Shown: positions 10,721-21,109, counted from the stretch's first letter. The stretch: 64,000 nucleotides of DNA from Candidatus Aminicenantales bacterium (GCA_050015275.1 JBEKBS010000009.1:719-64718); one strand, 5' to 3'. The notes: generated by a model from the letters alone, not told the origin. Translations and numbers: made by a program.

Positions 10721-11728
10721 ATGGCAACGAAGACCACAGCGGAGAAGGACGGGGCGAAAACCGGGGCGGGGTTCGACCGGCGGGAAAGGATAAGCGGCCG
10801 GACCCTCGGGCTGGTCATCTCGACCGTCGTCCTCTTCGCGATCCTGGCGCTTCGTTCCCAAAGCTTCCTCAGCAGCTACACCATGTTCGTTATTTCGCGC
10901 CAGATGGCGTTCTATGTCCTGATCGCTCTGTCGCAGGCCTTTTGCCTTGTCGTGGGCCAGATGAGCCTGGCGGTCGGAGCGATCGGCAGCATCGCCACCG
11001 TTGTCCTCGGCCTGGGACTCGATACCTGGGGCCTCCCGGCAGGCCTGGCCGTGGCCCTGGCCCTGGGCGTCGGCGTTCTGGCTGGCTGGCTCAACGGCCT
11101 GATCATCACCCGCCTCAGGATCGATTCGTTCATCGTCACGCTGTCCATGATGTTCATCTTCATGGGTTTGCGCTCTGGCATCTCGGGCGGATCGCCCTAC
11201 AAGGTCTCAGAGTCATTTAGCGTCATCGGCCAGAAAAGCCTCTGGGGGGTCCCGTTCGTTTTCATTCTCGTGGTCCTTCTGCTGGGGCTTATCGGATTCA
11301 TGTACAGGAACACGGTCTTCGGCCGCCGGATGCTGGCCACGGGCGGCAACGCGGCCGCGGCCCGGCTGTCCGGGATCCATACCGACCGTATGGTCATCTC
11401 GGCCCACGTCCTGTCCGGGGCGTTCGCGGCGCTGGCGGCCGTCCTGTGGGCGTCCAAGCTCGGCTCGGCCGCCCCCGAAACCGGCGACGATTGGCTGATC
11501 ATCTCGTTCGCCGTAGCCATCATCGGCGGGACAGGGCTCAACGGCGGGATCATCTCCGCGCTCGGGATCTTCATGGGGTCGTCCATTTTCATGCTCATCA
11601 AACACGGGCTGGTCGAGGTCAAGGCGAACCCCTATTACGCCAACTCGTTTCTCGGCCTGCTCATCCTGCTGGCGATCGTCGTCGACCGGGTCCGGGAAAT
11701 TTATAGCGGCAAACAGAAAGGGAGATGA
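10721..11728 (+). CDS. Sugar ABC transporter permease (RbsC/branched-chain family)
   Basis: The ATG at 10721 is preceded by GAGGAAGG. About 9 predicted TM helices are present; the conserved permease loop has several possible placements. The long upstream extension in the ORF track (10427 onward) is out of context. Confidence 0.85.
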   Translation: MATKTTAEKDGAKTGAGFDRRERISGRTLGLVISTVVLFAILALRSQSFLSSYTMFVISRQMAFYVLIALSQAFCLVVGQMSLAVGAIGSIATVVLGLGLDTWGLPAGLAVALALGVGVLAGWLNGLIITRLRIDSFIVTLSMMFIFMGLRSGISGGSPYKVSESFSVIGQKSLWGVPFVFILVVLLLGLIGFMYRNTVFGRRMLATGGNAAAARLSGIHTDRMVISAHVLSGAFAALAAVLWASKLGSAAPETGDDWLIISFAVAIIGGTGLNGGIISALGIFMGSSIFMLIKHGLVEVKANPYYANSFLGLLILLAIVVDRVREIYSGKQKGR

Positions 11729-14229
11729 GTCTCATGAACAAACCGTCCGTGAAAAAAGCGATCTACGGCGCTGCGGCACTCCTCATCATCTTTTCGGCCT
11801 TCAGCCCGGCGGCCGGTTCCGCGCGCCGTGCCACCGATCCTTCGGATCCCCCAGCTCAGGCCTCAACGAAACTGCCTGTCCCCGAGCGCGGATTCATCAG
11901 CTCCGAGCCCGGCCTGACCTGGGAGCAGGGCCTTCTCAGCGGTAATGGGACCATCGGGGCGAGCGTCCTGGGCCGGCCGTTGGACGAGATCGTCGTCTTC
12001 AGTCACAAGCATCTGTTCATGCCCGAGCGCGCCCCACTCCTGCCGCCGGCCACCGCCACTCGGCTGTTCGAGATCCGCCGCCTCATCGACCGCGGGCTTT
12101 ACGCGCAGGCGGGGCAACTGGCGGAAGATGTCGCCGAACAGAAGGGATTCCTCTATCCCGACCCGCTCATGCCCGCTTTTGACCTCAGGGTCAAGATGGC
12201 CGCGGAAGGCGCCGTCACGGAATATCTGCGCTCGACGAATTTTGAGACGGGCGAGACGGCCGTTCACTGGTCCGATAACCGGGGGGTGTTCGAGCGCCGG
12301 CTTTTCGTCTCGCGCGCCGATGGGATCGCCCTGATGCAGATCATCGGGCCCGGCCCGGGCCGGGTGAACTGCCGGCTGGAGCTCACGCCCCGGGAGCCCA
12401 AGAACGAGAGGTTCAGGGCGAACGTCACCAACCTGGCCATGACCACCGATGCGTCCACCCTGACGTATCGCAACGGCTTCACCCACGCGTATCCCGGAAG
12501 CATCCAGGCGTTGGAAGGTGTCGCGCGGGTCATTGCCAAGAACGGCACGACGACGACGGACGGACCGGCCTTGGTGGTCACGGGCGCGGACGAAGTGCTT
12601 GTTTTCGTCGATATCAGGGTGCTCGACGACTTCGATAAATCCATGATCGAAGCGACGAAACGGGCCCTGGCCGGCCTGCCCCCGGTTTATAGCGAGCTTC
12701 TGCGGAGACACGAGAAAATCCACGGGGAGATGTTCCGGCGCATGCGGCTCGACCTGGGTGGCGGCCCGGACCGCGGCCTGACGTCGGAGCAGTTGCTGGC
12801 CAAGTCGACCGACGCCGAGCCCTCGAGGGCGCTCCTGGAAAAGGTCTTCGATGCCGGCCGCTACAATATCATCTCCAGCACGGGCGATCTGCCGCCGACC
12901 CTCCAGGGCGTCTGGGCCGGGACCTACGACCCGCCCTGGTCCAGTGATTTCACCCACAACGGGAACGTCCCCTCGGCCCTGGCCAGCATGCTCATGGGGA
13001 ACACGCCCGAACTCCTTCTGGCCTATACATCCTATATGGAGGGACTGGTCCCGTATCTCGAGGTCAACGCGAAGATGATCTTCGGGGCTCGGGGGATCGC
13101 TCTGCCGTCACGGTCGACCACGAACGGCTACAATAACGCGTTCGAAGCGGATTTCCCCGGACAGTTCTGGGTCGCCGGCGCCCCCTGGGCGGCCCATTTT
13201 TTTTATGACTATTGGCTCTACACGGGCGACCGGAAGTTCCTGGCTGAACATGCCCTGCCTTTCATGGAAAAGGCGGCCCTCTTCTTCGAAGATTATCTTT
13301 ACGAAGGCCCGGACAGGAAATACGTGTTCAGCCCGACCCAGTCGCCCGAGAACTCGCCCAGCAACACCGGGTCCCAGACGACGTTCAACGCCACGATGGA
13401 CGTGGCGGCGGCCAAGGAACTTCTCCGGAATACGGTGGCCGCCTCCCGGGAACTGAACGTCAACAAGGACAAGATCCCCGTCTGGGAGAAGATGCTGGCC
13501 AAGATGCCGGAGTACCTGATCAACGAGGACGGCGCGGTCCGGGAATGGCTGACTCCCAAGCTCGCGGACAATTACGATCACAGACACAATTCCCAACTTT
13601 ATGCCCTGTTTGACGGGATGCCGGATGAGATCGCCAAGAACCCGGAGCTCAGGGCCGCTTTCAAGCGGGCCATCGAGCTCAAGCTCGAGCGCTACTGGGG
13701 CCATTGGCAGAAACAGGGGGGCTTCATGTCCTTCGGCCTGGTCCAGCTCGGGCAGGCCTCGGCCAGCCTGGGAGAAGCGGACCTGGCCTATCGTTGCCTG
13801 GTGCCGCTCCTCAACCGCTATTGGCTGCATAATCTGGCGTCCATGCACAATGCCAAGGAGCTCTTCAACACGGACATCAGCGGGGGTCTGCCGGCTGTCC
13901 TCATCAAGATGCTCGTGGCCTCGGATCCCGGCGTCGTCCGTCTCTTCCCAGCGCTTCCCTCGGCCTGGCCGTCGGGGACGATCGAAGGGGTCCTTTGCCG
14001 CGGCCAGATCGAGATCACGCGCCTGTCGTGGGACGGCGGAAAGATCCAAGCCGCGTTCAAGACGGCCAGGGCCCAGGACATCTCGCTCTATGCGCCGGGG
14101 AAGATCGAGAGCATTGCCGTGAAGACCGGCAAGGCGGCCATCCAGAACCTGAATGACGCAAGGGCACGCAAGCTGTCGCTGCCGGCGGGTCAGGAGGTTT
14201 TGGTCGAACTCGAGATCGGCGGGCGCTGA
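11725..14229 (+). CDS. Divergent GH95-family glycoside hydrolase (second paralog), secreted
   Basis: The start overlaps the permease stop (ATGA). Its signal-like N-terminus is followed by blocks clearly homologous to GH95: TWEQGLLSGNGTIGASVLG, and GDLPPTLQGVWAG...GNVPSAL compared with [13 protein letters not shown] of the first GH95. It is 834 aa. An alternative start lies at 11734. Confidence 0.75.
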   Translation: MSLMNKPSVKKAIYGAAALLIIFSAFSPAAGSARRATDPSDPPAQASTKLPVPERGFISSEPGLTWEQGLLSGNGTIGASVLGRPLDEIVVFSHKHLFMPERAPLLPPATATRLFEIRRLIDRGLYAQAGQLAEDVAEQKGFLYPDPLMPAFDLRVKMAAEGAVTEYLRSTNFETGETAVHWSDNRGVFERRLFVSRADGIALMQIIGPGPGRVNCRLELTPREPKNERFRANVTNLAMTTDASTLTYRNGFTHAYPGSIQALEGVARVIAKNGTTTTDGPALVVTGADEVLVFVDIRVLDDFDKSMIEATKRALAGLPPVYSELLRRHEKIHGEMFRRMRLDLGGGPDRGLTSEQLLAKSTDAEPSRALLEKVFDAGRYNIISSTGDLPPTLQGVWAGTYDPPWSSDFTHNGNVPSALASMLMGNTPELLLAYTSYMEGLVPYLEVNAKMIFGARGIALPSRSTTNGYNNAFEADFPGQFWVAGAPWAAHFFYDYWLYTGDRKFLAEHALPFMEKAALFFEDYLYEGPDRKYVFSPTQSPENSPSNTGSQTTFNATMDVAAAKELLRNTVAASRELNVNKDKIPVWEKMLAKMPEYLINEDGAVREWLTPKLADNYDHRHNSQLYALFDGMPDEIAKNPELRAAFKRAIELKLERYWGHWQKQGGFMSFGLVQLGQASASLGEADLAYRCLVPLLNRYWLHNLASMHNAKELFNTDISGGLPAVLIKMLVASDPGVVRLFPALPSAWPSGTIEGVLCRGQIEITRLSWDGGKIQAAFKTARAQDISLYAPGKIESIAVKTGKAAIQNLNDARARKLSLPAGQEVLVELEIGGR

Positions 14230-14319
14230 CCATGCCCGGGGCCGCCGACGTTCTGGCCCCGCAGAGCAGGTCGTGCTGGCATGATTTCTTGTGGTGATAA
14301 AAAACGTCGCCGAGGAGAC

Positions 14320-16095
14320 ATGATGAAACGCTTCCTGATTTCGTTTGTTCCCGGCCTGATCATTTTCGCTCTCGCCGGATGCTCGCGGGGGGTCACCGAG
14401 AGGACCGTCGCCTACACGTCCCGGCCGTGGCCGCCGCGGGTTTGGAAATCCGAAGCGCCCCCCGGCTGTCCCTTCGAACCCTCCCGGGACATCCGGGGTA
14501 TCGCCTTCACCCACAAATCAGCGACGTACACGGATGCCGATACTTGGTATCCGTCCTGGGCCTCCGACGGCAACATGTATAGCGGCTGGACGGACGGTGA
14601 GATCGGCGAGGAGTCCTGCCATTCGAGCGGCGGGGCGAAGGCTCGCACGGGCAACGCCAAGATCGCCGGCGACGATCCCTTGAATCTGACGGTTACCTCT
14701 CTCGGGTCAGAACCGGCCTCGGCCCTGCCGTACGGCGGACGCTATCCCAGCGCCAACCTCGTGCACAACGGGGTCTGGTATTACGGGACGTACTGCGTCG
14801 ACTTCGACCTGTCCAAACCTGAATACCGGGACCTCTACAGTTGGGCCATCTGCGGCCCGGTGCCGGGATTCCGGATCTCGTTGGACTACGGGAAGACCTG
14901 GATCCCGAGCCCGCTTTCGCCCGAAAAGCCACTCTTCCCGGAATCGGGGAAGGACGGGCGTCAGGTCAAGATGGGGACGCCCCATTTCGTGGACTTCGGA
15001 TGCAACCTGGAGCATTCCCCGGACGGGAAGGCCTACCTCGTCGGCCACGGCGCCCTAGACGTGGACCCCACGCCGCGCATCGCCGGGAACAGCTGGATCG
15101 CAGGCGACGCGGTCTACCTCGCGCGCGTAACTCCCAGCCCGAAAAACATCAACGATGTCAGGACTTACGAATTTTTCGCCGGCCGGGGGACTGACGGGCG
15201 TCCCGTCTGGTCCCGGAATTTCACGGACATCCGGCCGCTCCTGACCTGGGACGACCACATGGGCTGCGCGACGATAACCTATGATGCCCCGCTCCGCAAA
15301 TATCTGATGTGCGTCACCGACGGTTGGCCGGGCGTCGAGGACATGAACTCATACATCCTGGAAGCGGACGAGATCACAGGACCCTACAGGATGGTCACAT
15401 ACATGAACAAGTTCGGCCGGCAGGGCTACTTCCTGCACTTCCCGTCGAAGTTCATCAGCGCCGACGGCCGGACAGCGTGGCTATCCTACTCCGCGAACTT
15501 CCACAAAGCCTACTTCGGCAACCGGACGGCGGCCGATCCGATGGGCAGCCGCTACGCCTGGACTCTTCAGGAGGTCAAACTCCTGGGCGGGACCGGGGAA
15601 ATGTCCGGCCCGACGGAGAGCGATATGCCGCCGCTGGATCCGCTCAAGAACGAGAATAATATCGCCCTTCGCGCCAGGGTCAACGTCTCGTCGGTCCACA
15701 AGAAAAACAAGCCTTTCACTGAGCTGATGGAATATTTTGGCGAGGGGGCCGTAGACGGGATCGTCGACCTGAACACCGGGATCAACGCGCACGAATGGGT
15801 GAGCGGCGGCGAGCGGGAGACGGCCATGATCCGCCTCAGCTGGGATTCGCCGCAGACGGTGCGACGGGTCTGGCTTTTCGACCGTCCGGATCCGACCGAC
15901 CACATCACCTCGGGCATGCTGCTTTTCAGCGACGGGAGCACCATCCGCGTGGGTGAGCTTCCGAACGACGCGAGATCCTGCAAGGAGCTGAGCTTCCCGC
16001 CCAAGTCCGTCACCTGGGTCGTGTTCGTCGTCGATTCGGTTTCTAGAGAAACGGCCAACGTTGGCCTTGCCGAGATGGCGGTCTTCAGGGACTGA
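14320..16095 (+). CDS. Lipoprotein with a DUF4185-like beta-propeller domain (putative glycoside hydrolase) plus an extra C-terminal beta-sandwich domain
   Basis: SD AGGAGAC precedes ATG 14320. A lipobox LAGC is present. Conserved blocks DTWYPSWASDGNMYSGWTDGE, NLVHNGVWYYGTYC and GTPHFVDFG are shared with the paralog at 50308..51669. The DUF4185 assignment is from memory and unverified. Confidence 0.65.
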   Translation: MMKRFLISFVPGLIIFALAGCSRGVTERTVAYTSRPWPPRVWKSEAPPGCPFEPSRDIRGIAFTHKSATYTDADTWYPSWASDGNMYSGWTDGEIGEESCHSSGGAKARTGNAKIAGDDPLNLTVTSLGSEPASALPYGGRYPSANLVHNGVWYYGTYCVDFDLSKPEYRDLYSWAICGPVPGFRISLDYGKTWIPSPLSPEKPLFPESGKDGRQVKMGTPHFVDFGCNLEHSPDGKAYLVGHGALDVDPTPRIAGNSWIAGDAVYLARVTPSPKNINDVRTYEFFAGRGTDGRPVWSRNFTDIRPLLTWDDHMGCATITYDAPLRKYLMCVTDGWPGVEDMNSYILEADEITGPYRMVTYMNKFGRQGYFLHFPSKFISADGRTAWLSYSANFHKAYFGNRTAADPMGSRYAWTLQEVKLLGGTGEMSGPTESDMPPLDPLKNENNIALRARVNVSSVHKKNKPFTELMEYFGEGAVDGIVDLNTGINAHEWVSGGERETAMIRLSWDSPQTVRRVWLFDRPDPTDHITSGMLLFSDGSTIRVGELPNDARSCKELSFPPKSVTWVVFVVDSVSRETANVGLAEMAVFRD

Positions 16096-18392
16096 TGGAT
16101 AAGATCCGCTCGTTCTTCCGGGTCGAAACCCCGTCGATGAAAACTCCCTGGATCATGCTCGTCAGGATCGGCGCATTCATCGTTCTCACAACTGCCGCAT
16201 TGCCGATGAATCCCGCCCTGATTCCGTCGGCCCATCCAAGCCCGGCTCTGAGGCAGGCAGGGAAACCCTCCGCGGAGGCATCTTCGGGCCTGAAGGATTA
16301 TGGATTGAGAGATTATATCGGTCTCTCCAAGGGCCTGCCTCATTCGGAGAATAAGGGCTGGAAGCTTGTCTGCCGCATGCCATATAACTGCCATTTTCAG
16401 CCCTGGATCCAGCTGGAAGCCCCTGCGGGCCAGGTGATCCGCTTCAACTCCAGCAACCCGCTCGTCCTCTATCTGACACCCACGGAGACATATACGACCG
16501 TTTCGGGCGAGCAAAGCCACGAGGCGAAGAATTGGGTCAGCGGGGAGGGCGCGATTTATACCATTCCTGCCGGCGTGACCGTGAAGGCCGTCAAATACCG
16601 CGAAACGGGATACGACACGACCTTGGCCGGTTCGTTCGAGTGCAACGACGCCGACTTCAATATCCTCTGGAAAAAAGCGGCCAGGACCGTCTATGTCTGC
16701 ATGAGAGACCATTTCTACGACTGCCCCGACCGGGAGAGGGTCGGATTCTGGGGCGATGGGACGCCTGAACTCGGCCAGTGCTTTTATGCCTTCGATACGG
16801 CCTCCCATCGGCTGTGCAAAGAGCTGGTCCTGAGGAAACTCGAGCCCGATTTCTATCCCGGTCAACACCTGGAATTTCTCGGCGAATACGGGCTGTGGTT
16901 CTATTACCTGCACACCGGAGATCTGGATTCCATAAAAGCCGTCTATGACGCGACCAAGGCCTTTCTTTTGGAAACCTATAAGTTCGGCAATCCCAGGCAA
17001 TGGTTCGATTGGGGAAAGGATACAAAGGATATCCCCGTCATCGAGACCTGCTTTTATTATATTGACCTCAAGACCCTGAAGAAGATGGCCAAAGCGACCG
17101 GGCATGACGCGGATATCCCGGCCATCGAGGCAAGGCTCGAGGCCATCAAAAGCACGTTTGATGACAAATATTGGAAAGGGAACTGTTATAGGTCGGCGAA
17201 CGCCCTCGCGCCGGACGACCGGGCGAATGCCATGGCGGTCAATTCCGGACTGGCGGACCGCTCCAAATGGGCTGCGATCCACGACATGGTGCTGACCAAG
17301 ATGACGAATGCCAGCTGTTTTTTCGACCGGTGGGTCTTCGAGGCCCTGTGCACCATGGGAAAACAGGACACGGCCTTGCTCAGAATGTCCAGTCGATATA
17401 AGACCATGATCCCGTGCAGCTTCACGACCTTGTGGGAACATTACGACCGGTGGTGGGCGACAGGCCTCAACGCCTTCGACGAGGGCTCATCGCTCAACCA
17501 CGGCTGGAATCCCCCCGTCCTCAATCTCTCCCAAACCATTGCCGGGATTGCCCCGGAGGCGCCCGGGTGGACGACGTACCATGTGTTGCCCAAAGAGGCC
17601 TTTCTGACGACGATCAAGGTCGTCGTTCCCTCCATCAAGGGCAAGATCACGGTCCTCATGAAGAAAACCCCCAGGGAATATTCCCTGAGGCTGACGTCCC
17701 CCCCGTACACCCAGGCCATCGTCGGCATTCCCAAGAGTTCATTCTTGAAGCTGGATGCCATCAAGGTCAACGGGACGACCGTTTGGAGTGGAGCTTACCG
17801 CGGCGGGGTGGAAGGTATTTCCTGGAACGGAGAGGATGACGAATATATCAAATTCGAAGCGAACCCGGGGACATGGTCCTTGACCGGTTTGGGCACGTTG
17901 CCGATAAGCTCGCCGAAGCCGTTGCCGCCGCCGCCGGCGGATGATATCCCGCTGGAGAAGAAATCCTGGATCGCCTCCGCTTCGGTCGAAGACGGCACGT
18001 TTCTCTTCAGCGGAGATAAGATTCCTGTCGATGTTTCGGCCGCCAATGCCATCGACGGGGATCATTGGACCGGCTGGCGCGACATGACGAGAACGCAACA
18101 CAGCGGACAATGGTTCCAAGTCGATATGAGGCGGGCGGAAACGTTTTCCAAGATCGCTCTCGACAACACTTGGGCTTTGTGGGATTCTCCCAAGGCCTAT
18201 TCAGTTTCGGTCTCCAGGGACGGGATCCACTGGGGAAGCCCGATCGCCTCGGGATCGGGGCAGTTGGGACTGACGACCATCATCTTCCCCGCTCAGACCG
18301 CGCGTTATATCAGGATCACCCAGACCGGCGCGGATGCCACGTACCATTGGTCGATCTATGAACTGGATGTCTATCGGGAAAAACCGCATTAA
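16095..18392 (+). CDS. Short-form GH78-like alpha-L-rhamnosidase (six-hairpin glycosidase) with a C-terminal F5/8 type C discoidin (CBM32-like) domain
   Basis: The motif HFYDCPDRERVGFWGDG matches the GH78 catalytic-domain signature (DCPQRDERLGWTGD). The C-terminal 150 aa show a discoidin pattern (...WTGWRD...QWFQVDM...YSVSVSRDGIHW...ARYIRIT...YELDVY). The ATG overlaps the previous stop by 1 nt. Confidence 0.7.
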   Translation: MDKIRSFFRVETPSMKTPWIMLVRIGAFIVLTTAALPMNPALIPSAHPSPALRQAGKPSAEASSGLKDYGLRDYIGLSKGLPHSENKGWKLVCRMPYNCHFQPWIQLEAPAGQVIRFNSSNPLVLYLTPTETYTTVSGEQSHEAKNWVSGEGAIYTIPAGVTVKAVKYRETGYDTTLAGSFECNDADFNILWKKAARTVYVCMRDHFYDCPDRERVGFWGDGTPELGQCFYAFDTASHRLCKELVLRKLEPDFYPGQHLEFLGEYGLWFYYLHTGDLDSIKAVYDATKAFLLETYKFGNPRQWFDWGKDTKDIPVIETCFYYIDLKTLKKMAKATGHDADIPAIEARLEAIKSTFDDKYWKGNCYRSANALAPDDRANAMAVNSGLADRSKWAAIHDMVLTKMTNASCFFDRWVFEALCTMGKQDTALLRMSSRYKTMIPCSFTTLWEHYDRWWATGLNAFDEGSSLNHGWNPPVLNLSQTIAGIAPEAPGWTTYHVLPKEAFLTTIKVVVPSIKGKITVLMKKTPREYSLRLTSPPYTQAIVGIPKSSFLKLDAIKVNGTTVWSGAYRGGVEGISWNGEDDEYIKFEANPGTWSLTGLGTLPISSPKPLPPPPADDIPLEKKSWIASASVEDGTFLFSGDKIPVDVSAANAIDGDHWTGWRDMTRTQHSGQWFQVDMRRAETFSKIALDNTWALWDSPKAYSVSVSRDGIHWGSPIASGSGQLGLTTIIFPAQTARYIRITQTGADATYHWSIYELDVYREKPH

Positions 18393-18417
18393 TCAGGGGC
18401 CGGAAGGAGAACCGGGG

Positions 18418-20670
18418 ATGATACGAACGGTGAATGGCCGACGGGCGATTCTCGGTGCGATGATCCTATCAGCCTTGGGCTTGGTCCCGATGGCCGGCGA
18501 TCCCCCGCACCCCTCGAAATCCGTTCCCTCCGGTGGGGCTACGTTCTACGTTTCGAGCTCCGGCCTTGACAGTAATCCCGGCACGAAATTGGCGCCGTTC
18601 GCCACCCTGGCCCGGGCCCAGCAGGCGCTGCGGGCATGGAAAAAGACGGGCTCCGGCCCGGCCGTCGTCGAGGTGGGCCAAGGCACTTATGCTCTTGACC
18701 GCCCGCTGGTGTTCTCGCCCGAGGACTCCGGATCGGCGGCGTCCCCCGTCGTCTTTGCCGCCGCCCCGGGCGAGCGCGTGACCATCAGCGGGAGCTGCAC
18801 CCTGGATTGCCGCTGGAAGCCATACCGGGACGGGATCCTGATGTGCGACCTGCCCGCCGTCAAACAGGGGGGGGTCCGTTTTTCGCAGCTCTTCGTCAAC
18901 GGCAAACGCCAGACTCTGGCCCGATTTCCAAACCGGGACGATTCGAAACCCGGGCGAAGCGGCTATATCCACCCCGTGGGCCCGATCCCGGACGGCCTTC
19001 CTGACCCGAAGCCCGGAGAGAACGACGACATGACCTTCTCCGGCGGCGCCCCGCGGGGCATCCTCTTCGATTCCGCGTCGTTCACGGCCAAACGCTGGGC
19101 CCGGCCGGAAGAGGCGGTTATTCATATTTTCCAGGGCTGGGAGTGGGGCAACCTGCAATGGCGGCTAAAGGCGATCGATTATGACGGACGGGCGATCTGG
19201 TTCGGCGCGGGCGGGTTCCAGATGGGCGCCAAATATTTCGAGGACCCGGCCAAGATCGAAGCGGACTCGCGCTTTTTTATCGAGAATGTCTTCGAGGAGC
19301 TTGACGCTCCGGGGGAATGGTATTTGGATGTCAAAGCCGGGATCCTCTATGACTTGCCAGAGCCGGGAGTCGATATGGCGGTTGCGCGCGTCGAGGCCCC
19401 GCTCCTTGAGCAGCTCGTCCGGTTCGCCGGGACGCAGGACGCCCCGGTCCGCCACATCGCCATCGAGGGCTTCCACCTGACGCAGACGGCCTCGACGTTC
19501 CTCGAGCCCTACGACATTCCATCCCTGAGCGACTGGGCCATCCACCGCGGCGGGACCGTCTTTCTGGAGGGGACGCGGGACTGCGCGGTCAGGAACTGCT
19601 GGTTTGACGCCGTCGGCGGCAACGCCGTCTTCATCAGCAACTACAACCGGAACGCCACCGTCACCGGGTGCAAGTTCACGGAAACAGGCGACAGCGCGGT
19701 CTGCCTCGTCGGGACCCTGGGGGCCACGAACGGCACCCGCCGCGCCTTCCCCTACGAATGCACGGTGTCCAACAACCTGATCCACGACTGCGGGGTCTTC
19801 GGCAAGCAGATCGCGGGTGTCTACATCTCCAGGGCTAAGCGCATCACAGCCGCCCACAACACCATTTACAACATGCCCCGGGCGGGCATCTGCATCGGCG
19901 ACGGCACGTGGGGCGGCCACGTCATCGAGTTCAATCACATCCACGACACCGTCCGCGAAACGGGCGATCACGGACCGTTCAACGCCTGGGGCCGCGAGCG
20001 GTTCTGGAGTCTGATTCAATCCCACTCCGAATACAGCGTCCACCGGAGCCTCGAGGCCGGCGCCGTCAAGATCGACGCCATGGAGCCGGTCACCCTGCGG
20101 AACAATTTTTTCGAGGACCGCTCGGGCTGGGGCCTGGACCTCGACGACGGCGCCTCCAACTACGAGATCTACAACAATATTTCCAAGGGCATCAGCATCA
20201 AGCTGCGCGAGGGGGCCTACCGGACCATCTATAACAACATCTGGGTCGATAGTAACGTCGCGCCCTGCTTCCATGTGGGCAACGAGGACAACCATGACCG
20301 TTATTTCCGGAACATCACGGTGATGGCCCACGACGACGTCTATTCGATCATCGCCCCGCCGGCGCGGGGCCCGTGGCTCGAGGAGCTCGACCATAACTGC
20401 CTCTTCAGCCGGTCCGGTCGATTCACGGCCCGGATCAGCCAGATGCGCGGCGAAACCGGACCCGAAGGCGGATCCCGCCTGGTCGATCTCGAGGAATGGC
20501 GCAAACTCGGGTTCGACCGGAACTCGGTCTTCGCCGATCCCCTTTTTATCGACCCGGCCGGGAACGATTACCGGGTGCGGCCCGAATCGCCGGCCCTGCG
20601 GCTTGGTTTCAAAAATTTCGAGATGGGGCTTTGGGGGATCACCAAAGAATTTCCCCCTGAACTTCGCTGA
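18418..20670 (+). CDS. Secreted right-handed parallel beta-helix (pectin lyase-fold) protein, putative polysaccharide hydrolase or lyase
   Basis: SD GGAAGGAG precedes ATG 18418, followed by a signal peptide. Repeated beta-helix rungs are present (NAVFISNYNRNATVTGCKF, NNLIHDCGVFG, AHNTIYNMPRAGICIGDG, EFNHIHDTVRETGDHGPFNAWG). Confidence 0.7.
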   Translation: MIRTVNGRRAILGAMILSALGLVPMAGDPPHPSKSVPSGGATFYVSSSGLDSNPGTKLAPFATLARAQQALRAWKKTGSGPAVVEVGQGTYALDRPLVFSPEDSGSAASPVVFAAAPGERVTISGSCTLDCRWKPYRDGILMCDLPAVKQGGVRFSQLFVNGKRQTLARFPNRDDSKPGRSGYIHPVGPIPDGLPDPKPGENDDMTFSGGAPRGILFDSASFTAKRWARPEEAVIHIFQGWEWGNLQWRLKAIDYDGRAIWFGAGGFQMGAKYFEDPAKIEADSRFFIENVFEELDAPGEWYLDVKAGILYDLPEPGVDMAVARVEAPLLEQLVRFAGTQDAPVRHIAIEGFHLTQTASTFLEPYDIPSLSDWAIHRGGTVFLEGTRDCAVRNCWFDAVGGNAVFISNYNRNATVTGCKFTETGDSAVCLVGTLGATNGTRRAFPYECTVSNNLIHDCGVFGKQIAGVYISRAKRITAAHNTIYNMPRAGICIGDGTWGGHVIEFNHIHDTVRETGDHGPFNAWGRERFWSLIQSHSEYSVHRSLEAGAVKIDAMEPVTLRNNFFEDRSGWGLDLDDGASNYEIYNNISKGISIKLREGAYRTIYNNIWVDSNVAPCFHVGNEDNHDRYFRNITVMAHDDVYSIIAPPARGPWLEELDHNCLFSRSGRFTARISQMRGETGPEGGSRLVDLEEWRKLGFDRNSVFADPLFIDPAGNDYRVRPESPALRLGFKNFEMGLWGITKEFPPELR

Positions 20671-20737
20671 TGAGCGACGATCCTGAATATGCCACAGCTT
20701 GCCATGATCACCGGGGCTTGACCACAGGAGCGACACC

Positions 20738-21109
20738 ATGGCCCAACGCCTGATCAAAGTCCTCATGATCGCGGCCATCGCTCTGGCGGTGCTCTCCGGC
20801 CTGGCGCGCACTGTTTCTCAGGGTGATCAACCGGCGGTTCAGGATGCGCTGACCAGGGGCCGGCCGCCGATTCCCGAGCCCTATACCTATGTCGGCGCGG
20901 GACGCTTCAGCGGTCCGGAGGTGCCCGAATCGCCCGACCCCCTCGTCGCATACCGCTGGCCCAACCCCAAGACTTCTGATGGGCTGGAGATCTTCCTTCT
21001 TAAGCCCAAGGCCATCTCAGCCACCCCGGCCGGTTCGTTCGAGAATCTGCCGTCCCTGACCGGTCCCAAGCCCGACGTGACCGTCAGGGGGCACGGGCGC
21101 CTTCGCTAG
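20738..21109 (+). CDS. Small secreted hypothetical protein (123 aa)
   Basis: An AGGAG SD lies 8 nt upstream. A signal-anchor (MAQRLIKVLMIAAIALAVLSGLA) is followed by a Pro-rich region. No family is recognised. Confidence 0.4.
   Translation: MAQRLIKVLMIAAIALAVLSGLARTVSQGDQPAVQDALTRGRPPIPEPYTYVGAGRFSGPEVPESPDPLVAYRWPNPKTSDGLEIFLLKPKAISATPAGSFENLPSLTGPKPDVTVRGHGRLR

Noticed and set aside
19165-20811. 548-aa minus-strand ORF
   Set aside because: It is antisense to the beta-helix protein gene.
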